Below are positions 27,400 through 39,339 of a stretch of DNA of 64,000 nucleotides, piece by piece. Numbering within the stretch: the first letter of the stretch is position 1; each line of letters opens with the position of its first letter. Below the pieces are notes generated by a model. The model saw nothing but the letters and a program-made list of their open reading frames with translations. It was not told the DNA's origin and did not search any database. This DNA is from Eledone cirrhosa (taxonomy: Eukaryota): the NCBI GenBank assembly GCA_964016885.1, contig OZ024756.1, positions 4,030,001 to 4,094,000 on the forward strand, given 5' to 3'. A program made the position numbers and the translations under genes.

Positions 27400-29010
27400 A
27401 CTCTCCACTGGTTCCTGCCCTGGCGGGAATCGGCCTCTAGGTCAACTCGTCCAAGTCGGAAGTGCGGTCCATTCTCCACCAGGTACAGGTGACCCCTAAA
27501 GAGGGTGTCCTCATCCTTGGGTCACCGATCCACTCACCGGCCATCCGCTCCACCATCAGGTCCAGGCTACAGCAACTGAAGACCCCCCCCCGAGCCCACT
27601 AGGTATGATTGACGGCTAACCAGCCCTCTTCCTGTTGAGGAACTACTTCGCCATGCCGAAGCTCCTCTATACCCTTCGCAGCACTCCGTGCTACAGCCAC
27701 GCATCTCTCCTCGCTGACCTTGACACTTGTATCCGAGCGGCAGTTGAGGAGATATGCAACGTCAGATTTGACGACATTGGATGGCAACAGGCCACCTTAC
27801 CTGTTACATATGGTGGCCTTGGCCGCCGGTCCCCGATCTCGCTGACTTTGCCGGCGTTTCTTTCGTCGGTAACCGCATGCCGCGTCCTCGTCAGCAGGGT
27901 TCTCCAAAACACAATGGAACCCTTTGTGACCGAGGAACATGAGGCCGCCTGCGAGACGTGGGACCGACTGGGTCTTAGCACAGTATACGTCCCTCCTCCT
28001 TCTCCCCCTGTTGACGTCAAGTCCCCTGAAAGTATTTGGGATGCCATCCAGTGTAGCCTAGTCTCAGACAGGCTTACGCGCCATCTCGACCAGCACCGCC
28101 TTCCTTGTTTTCCTGCGGCCTCCAAACCCCACATTGGTGCCTGGCTCCATGCCCTGCCCTCCTTCTCCACAGGCACGCAGCTAGACAACCATAGCCTGCT
28201 CAACGGTGTTTCCCTGAGGCTTGGCCTCCGGATCTGAGAGCCACACAAATGTCGCTGCGGACCCACCGTTGACTCTTTCGGCCTCCAACCGCTTTCCTGT
28301 CGCTACAGTACCGGCCGCCTTCCACGCAATGTGCCCTCAACCAGGTCATAAAGCATGGTTTGGATGCTGCAGGCTTCCTCTCCCAGTTCGAACCGGCGGG
28401 GCTGGACCGAGGGGACGGCAAAAGGCCAGACGGTTCCGTGGTCGCAAACCCCTCGTCTGGGATGACACTCGCAGCGACACTTTCTCCAGCCGAAACCTGG
28501 TGCAGTCTGCGACTAACCCAGGTTCTGCTGCACTTTGGGCTGAGGAGGAAAATCTCTCCAAGTACCGGTCGCTCTCCGACAGGTTCGCGGTCGTACCCTT
28601 GGAAGTGGAGACTTCTGGTGTCCTTGGTCCTAGGGCTACCTCCCTACTCACCACCATAGGCGCTGAGTTGGCCAGCCGCAGGTGTGAGCCTCGTGAGCTG
28701 GAATGGCTCTTCCAGCGCATCTCCCTTACCATCCTCCGGGGAAACGCCTTCTCCATTCTGTCCGCCGGCGCTGTGGGGCGGCCAGCACGTGGGGACCCCA
28801 TTTGCTCATAAAAAATAGGGAGGGTGAGAGAGAGGGAGGTGATGACAGTGGGAGTTTGACTCCTCTGTGGTCAGACCTGGTGTACGTGTGAGATGGGGAG
28901 TGCGAGAGAGATGGAGGCGATCACAGTGGGAGTTCGGCTCTTCTACCTTCGGACCATATCCTTGTGGGTGTGTTTAATGTAGTTGTGTATCTATGTTTAT
29001 ATGAATGAAT
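27400..29010 (+). mobile_element. 5'-truncated, decayed CRE-like non-LTR retrotransposon (RT C-terminus, zinc knuckle, PD-(D/E)xK nuclease)
   Basis: QATLPVTYGGLG, GAWLHALPS, DGKRPDG, KPLVWD, SKY, VPLEVETSG, WLFQRISLTILRGNA. Confidence 0.85.
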
Positions 29011-29382
29011 AATTCTTCCATTGCTTAACTATCATATAGAATTCACTTGACAAAGGTGTGGGCGACCGTCTTATCTGTGAATCACAATGCCAATATCCTG
29101 AAAGAATAAGTATTCTCTACTTTTAAAACACGGCGCAACAAGTGGCATTTGATCAGTAATCTTCGCCAATGGAGTTACTACATTGATTAGGAACAACAAC
29201 AGTTTGTTAATCCTTCTTACGGAGTCGATGAAAGAACGAGCTTACATTCATGACAACGTTTCGATAAACCAAATTCCAAGCGTTTACCAATGTGTCTGAA
29301 CACGGAAGAGCCGAACTCCCGTGTCATCGCCTCCATCTCTCTCGCCCACCCATCTCTCTGTATTAGATAGATGAACGTTGGT

Positions 29383-29688
29383 CAAGGCCAGACTTAATGG
29401 GGGGAGGGCAGTAGCCCTGGGCCCCCTGCAGTGGGGGGTCCGCACCAATTTATTTTTTACCCTCAGCTGGGTTTTTAGTTTGGGGACGGTTAGATTTTTT
29501 TTAAATGTAATACCTGAATGTATAACTTTTCAATTCCAATTACTTGCACCAAGCTAACTTTGATATGTAAATTTGGAGGGTTTGCTGGGTATTCTAATTT
29601 TTTTGTGTATGAGGAGCCCCCCCCCCCCCCCCCCAAAAAAAAAAAACCTGAAGTGCTTTGGGACCCTCAAGGTCCAAATCCAACCATG
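29383..29688. mobile_element. hAT-type MITE
   Basis: Exact 8-bp direct repeat ACGTTGGT at 29375-29382 and 29689-29696; decayed TIRs caaggccagactt / aaatccaaccatg. Confidence 0.7.
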
Positions 29689-29721
29689 ACGTTGGTTATC
29701 TATCCATATTATTTTACTACT

Positions 29722-29915
29722 AGGGCGGTGGATTGGCAGTATCGGTAGAGGGTCGGACGCCATGCTTTGACGTATAGAGTTACGGCCCTTGCCATTCTGA
29801 GTTCAAATCCCGCCGAGGTTAACTTTGCCTTTCATCATTACGGGGTCGATAAAATAAAGTACCAGTAATGCACTGGGTAATTTGCTGGCATTGTGCCAAA
29901 AGTAGAAACAATTAT
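29722..29915 (+). mobile_element. tRNA-derived SINE
   Basis: Near-identical to 23401-23592; further copies at 3716-3830(-), 35680-35872(-), 36038-36250(+), 38110-38270(+), 43660-43855(-), 44318-44470(+). Confidence 0.88.
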
Positions 29916-29931
29916 TTTACTACTACTACTT

Positions 29932-29965
<34 letters not shown>

Positions 29966-30009
29966 CACTACTACAACTACCAAATACACACACACTCATA
30001 TATAGATAT

Positions 30010-30250
30010 GGGCATGTGACCTAGTGGTAAGGGTGCTGGACTTACGATCATAATGTCGTGGGTTCGATTCCTGGGTTGCGTGTTGTGTTCTTGAGCAAAA
30101 CACTTTTAACGTTGCTCCAGTATACTCAGCTGTAAATGAGTACCAGCAATAGCTGGAGGTTTAACTCTGCGGTTGGCTGGCGTCCCGTCCAGTGGGGTGT
30201 GTTGTACTCTCCCTCACTTCACGCCATGAAACCGGGATAAGCACAGGCCA
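30010..30250 (+). mobile_element. Second tRNA-derived SINE family (V/CORE-like centre)
   Basis: A box tgacctagtgg, B box ggttcgattcc, then ttgtgttcttgagcaaaacact...ctcagctgtaaatgagtacc...ctggcgtcccgtccag. Confidence 0.65.
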
Positions 30251-30379
30251 AATGAGTTCGATGCGTTCTATCCTTGAGCAAGACACTTTGTTTCACGTTG
30301 CTCCTTCTACATGGCGTTGCGGCCCATAGATAGTATTAGTATTGGAAAGAAACGTTGTTTCCTCGGTCCGATTTGACAA

Positions 30380-30468
<89 letters not shown>

Positions 30469-30510
30469 AGAAAAAAAGAGAATCAGTGTTGCGACGAATG
30501 GAATTTATTG

Positions 30511-30606
30511 GACATATTACAATCGTTTCTCTGGCGACCAGCTCGAGGCACGATCGATGTGATGATCGAACCTGACTCTGAAAATCTCAATGTCCTCAGA
30601 TACGTC
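30511..30606 (-). ncRNA. Hammerhead ribozyme with long, imperfect stem II
   Basis: gacgtat-CTGAGGA-[63 nt]-GAAA-cgattg-TA-atatgtc; 7-bp stem I. Confidence 0.6.
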
Positions 30607-30795
30607 TTGATTCTACGAAGCAGATTTTCCTATATATGTATATGGCCTCAGCCGGATGGATGAAACAGGTAAAAGAGTATAGGAAAATATATGTAACGTT
30701 TACCGAATCCAAACTTGTCCCTTACTATTTTCCCTCCGAAGAAGAGATTTTATCCCAAAATATCAGGACAGATAAATAAATAAGGTAACACATAA

Positions 30796-30826
<31 letters not shown>

Positions 30827-30834
30827 AGAAATTA

Positions 30835-30925
<91 letters not shown>

Positions 30926-31124
30926 TAGAATATGTGTTCCTACACGCACAAGGCACTAAGGGACATATGTATTGTCCAACCAAATGCCAATGTGGTTCAA
31001 TGGCATTCTTCTGACGAGAATCTTTCTTTGCAACGAAGGCCGATTCGGTAAAGGTAACTATAGTAAGTAAAGTTAATTTTTTAAAATTTATTTTGAAACT
31101 TTTTCTTATTTGCTAAACCTTGAT

Positions 31125-31212
<88 letters not shown>

Positions 31213-31488
31213 TCTCTATCGACACAGGACAGAACAGATAAACGATTCAATTCTACCAAGAATCTGATACGGTGAAGTAATCTGAAAGTGATTCACAATC
31301 ATTGTGGTTAATATATGGACATGTCGACAGAACTAGCGTTGGTCATGTGTGAAAAGGACTCTAAAGTTACCCGTTTGTCGATAGCTTTTCCTAAGTCTTA
31401 CTCGCTTAATCACAACATCTACCTATCTATCTATATATGTTTGTATATATATGTCTGCCTGTCTGTTTGTATGTTTATCTATCTATCT

Positions 31489-32005
31489 AAAAACGAAGAA
31501 GAGGCGGTGTTTCTGTGCGTAATAGCCATGGCGAAAGAGGTTGTATGGTGGACGCGTCTGAAAGGACTGAGGTCAGACACCGTTCTCTCTGGCCAACAAC
31601 TGGTCCGTTTCTTCCGATATCATTTCGGAAGAAGGATCAGGATGGAGAGAGAGGTGCTGCACCCCAGCCGTTTTTATGAAAGATGGGTGAAAGTGGCGAG
31701 AATGGCCCGTGTGAATGAGCCTTCACTCTACATCAGACTATAGGTGAGGAAGATGAAAGACCAAGGGAGCACCCCTTCTCTGTGCTCCTGAGGAAAAGGG
31801 TTGCGCACTTTTTTTCGGGGGTGTGTGCGACCCCCCAAGGCGCCTCCTCTCTATTGAGGACTTTGTTATAAATTTTATTCTGTTATATTTTCTTTTATTT
31901 TTATATTTTGTTATTGCCTCCTCCTTATTGAGGACGCCTTGTTTTGTAAACTCCCCCTTTGTACTTGTCCCACTTTTGATGCCCTGGTGGCAAATAAAAG
32001 AAACA
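31489..32005 (+). mobile_element. Short 5'-truncated Tx1-like LINE with 65-bp flanking duplication
   Basis: Matches the 3' end of 49633-55388; 31424-31488 duplicated at 32006-32070. Confidence 0.92.
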
Positions 32006-32270
32006 TATCTATCTATATATGTTTGTATATATATGTCTGCCTGTCTGTTTGTATGTTTATCTATCTATCTATCTAGTCCCCCATCCATCCTTCCCCCTAC
32101 ACGTTCTCATGTAGCACCCACCTTCTATCTCTATCTATCTTTATATCTATCTGTGTGTCTGGTAAATCTCCTCATACCTATATAGAGATACATATATCTC
32201 TACATACCCACCTCTGTCTCTATCTCTTCGCATGTAACCTCCCTACCACCTTCCTATATCTATATACCCG

Positions 32271-32348
<78 letters not shown>

Positions 32349-32445
32349 CTATCTCATATAACCCTCCACCACCACCAACATCCTATCTCTATATACCCAT
32401 CTATCTATCCATCTATCTATCTATGTATCTATCTATCTATCTATC

Positions 32446-34488
32446 ATCCCGTCCAGGTCCATCCATGACAACCTCCACCTCATGCGATACATCATAGAGA
32501 GGGTTGGGAACGAACCCGGCTTTGGTGGGGCTGTGATCAACTTGGATCAATCTAAGGCGTTCGATAGGGTCGACCATGGTTACCTGGATGCGGTGCTAGC
32601 GGCGGCAGGCTTCGGACCCGTTTTCAGGGGCTGGATCACTGCTATGCACAGCAGCCGCATCTGCTCTAGGGTCAAGGTGAACGGCTACCTCTCGGAGCCG
32701 TTCAAAATCGCGCGGTCCATCCGACAAGGGTGCCCTCTCTCCTCCCTTCTGTATGTGTTGACTCTCGAGCCACTACTGCGGAAGTTGGAGTTGTTGCAGG
32801 GCATCCCTTTGGAACCGGGATTGCGGAAAGCGGTGTCGGCCTACGCCGATGACGTGACAGTAATGGTGTCGACGGCCTCCGAAATCGAGGCGGTCGGCAC
32901 CTTACTGGAGGAGTACGAAAAGTTCACAGGGGCTAAGCTGAACCGGGACAAGTCGATCGGTTTGCAACTCGGCACGTGGAGGGGCAGACCGATGCCCTCC
33001 GATAGCGTCGTCGGACGCTGGACGGAGGGCCCGGTGAAGTTGCTCGGGGTCTGGTTCGGACCGGACCTCCAGGTGGAGAAAAACTGGGCGGAGGTTACGA
33101 ACAGGGTGTTTGCACTGACCCAGAAGTGGGCCAGTTGCAAACTATCCCTGAAAGGTCGGGCGGAGGTGGCGAACACCTACATAGCGTCCGTCATCTACTA
33201 CCGCCTGACCGTAGTGCCCTGCCCAAGGGAAACCCTCACCAAGATGGAGCGCGCGCTCTTCCAATTCCTTTGGAAGAGGCGGGCTCCTATGGTGAGGAGA
33301 TCCATCTGCTGTCAACACCCTTCGAAAGGAGGGCTGGGGATGCCGTGGCTAATGATGCGTAAACACGCATTAAGGCTACGGCACCTCTACGTATTCCTCA
33401 CCGGACAACCGGTGTGGGCCTCGTTTGTGAGACGAACCTTTCCCAGACTCGTCTCACTCACCGAGCTGCAATCCTGGGTCAAGCAAAGACCGAGAAAACT
33501 GGGCGCCTGGCACACTGAGTGTGCCCAGGCGCTCACCGCCCTCTGGCAGGCGGATCCGGTTGTCAGTGGAGACTCCACCGCAACATTCTATAGAGGGCTG
33601 GTACGCAGCAGGTGCGACGACGCCCTCGGAGAAGCCCTAGACATGGAGGAGGACGAACTGGCCAGCCTGTTCGGTAGGACATTCAGCCCGGGACCTATGG
33701 ACAACTTCCAGAAGTCCCTGGCCTGGCAGTGCTACCGAGGGGCTTTACCCGTTCGAGAAAGGCTCTACAGACACGGGCGCCCGGGTAGGGACCCCGCCAA
33801 AAAGATCTGTCCCAGATGCGTGTGCGACGAGGAAACCGTTGCACACGCATTAGTACACTGCTCGGGCGTAGCCGATCTGTGGGGCTATGTCGAACAACTG
33901 CTGTCAAGGGTGGGACCGATCCGGTTGACCACCGAGTCTATTGTAATGATCAAGCCGCCTCCCCCCTTCAAAGATGAAGCAGAGGCGGTGTTTCTGTGCG
34001 TAATAGCCATGGCGAAAGAGGTTGTATGGTGGACGCGTCTGAAAGGACTGAGGTCGGGCACCTTTCTCTCTGGCCAACAACTGGTCCGTTTCTTCCGATA
34101 TCATTTCGGAAGAAGGATCAGGATGGAGAGAGAGGTGCTGCACCCCAGCCGTTTCTATGAAAGATGGGTGAAAGTGGCGAGAATGGCCCGTGTGAATGGG
34201 CCTTCACTCTACATCAGACTATAGGTGAGGAAGATGAAAGACCAAGGGAGCACCCCTTCTCTGTGCTCCTGAGGAGAAGGGTTGCACACTTTTTTCGGGG
34301 GTGTGTGCGACCCCCCAAGGCGCCTCCTCTCTATTGAGGATTTTGTTAAAAATTTTATTTTTTGTTATATCTTATTTTATTTTTATATTTTGTTATTGCC
34401 TCCTCCTTATTGAGGACGCCTTTTTGTGTAAACTCCCCCCTTTGTATTTGTCCCACTTTTGATGCCCTAGTGGCAAATAAAAGAAATA
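32446..34488 (+). mobile_element. 5'-truncated young Tx1-like LINE with open 580-aa RT/zinc-finger frame (32482-34224)
   Basis: LDQSKAFDRVDH, RQGCPLS, AYADD, KGGLG, CPRC..EETVAHALVHC; (TATC)n on both sides. Confidence 0.95.
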
Positions 34489-36334
34489 TATCTATCTATC
34501 TATCTATGTATCTATCTATCTATCCATCTATCCATCTATCCATCTATCCATCTATCTATCTATCTATCCTATCTCATGTAACCCTCCACCACCACCACCA
34601 TCATCCTATCTCTCTATACCCATCCATCTATCTATCAGCTGGAAGTTTTGTGGAAGAGATAATATATTCCCCTGAGTATATATCTGTGTATGACGAATGG
34701 GGTATTCTGACACTTGTGCTGTTAGCAAGGAATATGGCAACTGCTGTAGAGAGGTAACCCGAGCTATTTACTATTGATCCAGTAAATCTCTATATGCTAT
34801 TTAGTCCTAAAAGATGATGACCTTCTGTAAGGTTAGGAGGGGAGGACCTAGCTGGTGTAGCCATGCGTGTAACTGGATTCACTTTTATTTTATTTTACTT
34901 TATTTTATTCGTATTTATTTATTTTTTCGGTTTGGTTTTGGAATTTTTGTTGTTGTTGTTGTTTGGTTTTGTTTATAAGAGCAACTCAACACTATAGAAG
35001 CCATAATGAAGCCACCAGGGACCAACCAATGGACCACACTGGGCATTTTGTCATTCAACGATGTTACTTGATCACAAACTGTTGATTTATTAAACTCTCA
35101 GCCAAATAATAATGGCCAAACAAACATAACCTTCAGCTCACTGTTAGCTCTGTTCATTTATTTTTAAAGTTAATGACGAGAGAAAACTAATTAAAGAAAG
35201 GTTGCAGCACAACTGATAATTTATCGCAATAACGAATAAACCCTAAACCAATGAGAGATCCTCAACATGGTCACTGAACCTACTAAAAGTGGCATCTAAA
35301 TTTCCTCTATTCAGACCTCATAGTCTTAGAAACAAAATATTGAATGATGTGGAATGGTCACCTCTGGAACAATTTGACTATACGTATGCTCGATCAGGGC
35401 CATCCTAGGTCTAAGAAATAACAAATCCAATATATAATGGTGAAAATATCCGGTGGCCAAATCAAATTGTTTTATAATGTACTTAAATACTCAGCGTTCC
35501 ATATGTAAATTACTATTTGATATCATTTTCATTTCAAATGCTAGCACGTATCCACATTTCTATAGCTAAGCCCCACGATGTTAACGAGGTAGTAAATAGT
35601 CACCGTTCGGCCTGCTAGAAATAGAAACTAAATCTCCCTCAAATATCAACACCCCCACCACCACCACAGAAAGACAGTAATAATTGTTTCTACCTTTGGC
35701 ACAAGGCCAGCAATTACCCCAATGTATTACTGGTGCTTTATTTTATCGACCTCGTAAGGATAAAAAGCAAAATTAACCTTGGCGGGATTTGAACTTAGAC
35801 CATAAAGGGCCACAACTCTATGCTGCAAAGTATGGCGTTAGACCCTCTACCGATATTGCCAATCCACCACCCATTGCCAATAATGTGAATAATTTGGATG
35901 TGGGTACATGTATGTTCTGTTGCTTACCAGCAATGTAACCACCATAAGCTCCCGCTGGTTATACGTCAAGAATATACAAAGATTTCGAATTTAAAACCCC
36001 TTTAGATCAATTGTTGTAATTTTGGTACCTAAAACTAGGGCGGTGGATTGGCATTATAAGCAGGGCGTTGGATCATATGCTTTGCAGTATCTGTCCAGTT
36101 ACGAATTTCTACGTTCTGAGTTCAAATCCCATCGACGATTACTTTGCTTTCCATCATTCCTGGTTTGATAAAACAAGCACTAGTCAAGTATTGGGATTGA
36201 TTTAATCAACTTTGCGATTCCCCTCAAATTTACTGGTTTTCTGCCTAAATAGTATGAAACAAAACTACCTTAAACTTACTGGAACAATTGTAAACTATCA
36301 TAAGTCGATTGGAGGCACTTACACCCATGTTAAG

Positions 36335-36526
36335 TATCATGCTGCTGAAAAGTTCCTGGCTTAAAGTTATCGTGGAAGGGTAGAGCTGTTGCCTATACAG
36401 GGGAGGCAGCAACACTGCAGTAATTTGTGAATCTGAGAGGGGAATGTGTCGTATAAAATCATAAATAACTGATCCTCATGTATGTTCTTTTACCCAAAAG
36501 CGGGAACTTTTCAGTATCCTGTGTAC
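36335..36526. mobile_element. Old mariner/Tc1-type MITE relic
   Basis: Inverted termini ctgaaaagttcc(tgg)ctt / aag(cg)ggaacttttcag. Confidence 0.45.
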
Positions 36527-37156
36527 TGCAAGTATTTCAAACCGCCATCTATATTTTGGAAGTATTTAAAACAACCACCGTTCTATTTTGAAGCTCTTAG
36601 CACCCCTATAGGCTGTTTCGATATATCTAACACAAGCCTAAGTTTATTTATATTCCATAATGAAGCAATAGATGATGAGCCTAACCAATTGATGGATACT
36701 TTTTAACAAAGAAGAAGTTTTAACTTTATTTATCACAGTGCTGAGATAAATAAACAGTTATCACATCTTTGTGCCACAGAGTTCACAAATCCTGATTAGC
36801 TTCTTTACTGATGGGTGGTCTCTTATTAAATGGAGATGTAAAAAAATAATGTGTGTTTTAATAATGTTGTAATAATATGTTTTAAACCTTCATTTCAGAG
36901 AATAAATGAACTCTAGTATATGTGTGTGATTTATGTTGGTGGTTGTTGATAGCAATAAGTGTATGTAGGTGTTAAAAAAATGGCGTACTTAACGAAATTC
37001 ACCACCCTGGACTAGAAATCGAAAACTGTTAGTTTACACTGGTAAAATAAATGAAAATGAAATGAAAATACAAGATTTTTTCCTTTTGTCTGTCTGTTTA
37101 TCATTTCACCTTTTTAAAGGTTTCTTGTTGAAATATTAAGATTTTCTCTTTCGTTC

Positions 37157-37224
<68 letters not shown>

Positions 37225-37262
37225 GCACTCTAGCTGGATTACCTTAAACGATATCCTGTTAT

Positions 37263-37698
<436 letters not shown>

Positions 37699-38548
37699 TC
37701 AGCTAATTCAATGGTGTAATTCAGCATTCCACAGACACGTGCACCCTGAAAGTTGTTCCCAGGGAGATTCAGCATGACACAACGTGTGACAAGAAATATA
37801 ACTAATTTTTTCCAGCTTAATTGACTAGAAAATCATGAAATAAAGCTTCTTGTCCTGGGACACAACCACGATCCCGTCCAGGACTTGAACTCACGATGTT
37901 CAATAAGCTGACCACCCTAACTATTAAGATACTTGCATCGGTGGACTTAGTAGTAATCTTGATGATCTTGTAGTGATTCTGGTGTTAGTGTGGTGGTAGT
38001 AGTAATAGTGTTTAGAGTTTGATACCTTGGTTGTCACAGTTGGGGTTGTTTATGTTCTTTGTAATATTACAGGTCCTCGTTAAACTACTGAGATTTAGTA
38101 GGTAGTATTAAGGGTGCAAACTGGCAGAATGGTTAGACCGTCGGATAGAATGGTTTATGGCATTCGTTCCGGCTCTTTTCTCTCTCAGTTCAAATACCGC
38201 CGAGATCAACTTTGCCTTTCATCCTTTCGAGGTCGATAAAATAAATACCAGTCTAGTACTGGGGTCGATTCTTCCTCACTCTAGAAGAAATCTGCTGTAC
38301 TCAGACCTGGATGGGCTCTGCCAGGTTTTAAATGCCCAAGAAACACCGTATGTCAATATGGCGCCCCTACGACTCTATCCGGAGTTACGGGACGATAGAT
38401 ACATCATTGCTGGTGATGAATGCGACACTCTTACAGGTGTGGTACTATTGCTGTTGCTGTTTAGGAGAAGTTTATCTATAATCTACCACCTTCCAATCAT
38501 GATTATCCAATAGTTTTCTATATCAAGGATTATGTTGTTAATTTCTTA

Positions 38549-39186
38549 TCCATATATATAAAACTGAGGATGTGTGTGTGTGTGTGTGTGTGTGAATCCC
38601 TAAAACTCGAGAAGTACCCAACCGATGTTTTTCAAACTTTACATGTGTATTACTTATGTTTCAGGGAGTGTTATGCACATAAGAAAATTCAACTTTTTGA
38701 TCCCCTAGGGCCCGCATTAGGTGAAAAACTGATTGTTTTTTCAGCTTTTTAGGGGTTCTTTGAGGCGTTACGTCAGACCGATTTCCTTGAAATTGTAACT
38801 ATGTATTAGTCAGTCTCTTCTTCATACCGTGAGCAAAGAAAATCCAACTTTTTTATGGTCTAGGACCCACATTAGGTGAACATTTTAATTTTTTAATTTT
38901 TTAGGGGTTTTTTTAGGCGTTACGTCTAGCCGATTTTCCCGAAATTTCAAGGCATATAATGCACATAAAAAAAATAATTTTCTTGATCCCCTCGGGCCCG
39001 TATTAGGTGAAAACCTGCATTTTTCCTGCTTCATCGAGGCAAATCTTAAAGATTATCCAGCCATCAAAGTATTCTGTTTATTTTCTTTACATATTGTCGA
39101 GGCATGCAGTTTTTCCACGATTAAGTATGTTGGCGGCCCGCGTTCCAAAATACCTTATCCCGTGCAACGCCGGGTACCTATGCTAG
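38549..39186 (+). mobile_element. Non-autonomous Helitron (second family)
   Basis: A|TC start, 3' hairpin cccgtgcaacgccggg then CTAG|T; no target duplication. Confidence 0.85.
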
Positions 39187-39339
39187 TTATAAATATATGT
39201 ATTTTTTCTAAAAATTATTGAATGTCATTTGAGGGAAATCTGTTTGTCATTTCTAGCAAGGCGAGCAACTACTTTGATAACCCGATAACTAGCTCATCCC
39301 TAAATCTGTTTTTCCAGTTGTTGTTATTATTGTTCGTGC

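Noticed and set aside
31011-31060. CTGACGA with gaatc/gattc stem
   Set aside because: Followed by GGTA rather than GAAA and no convincing stem I; not counted as a ribozyme.
32345-34624. Duplicated ctatcctatctcat..accctccaccacc block as a long target duplication of the 32.4 kb LINE
   Set aside because: Copies are diverged and a third similar unit lies near 32230, suggesting an older minisatellite.
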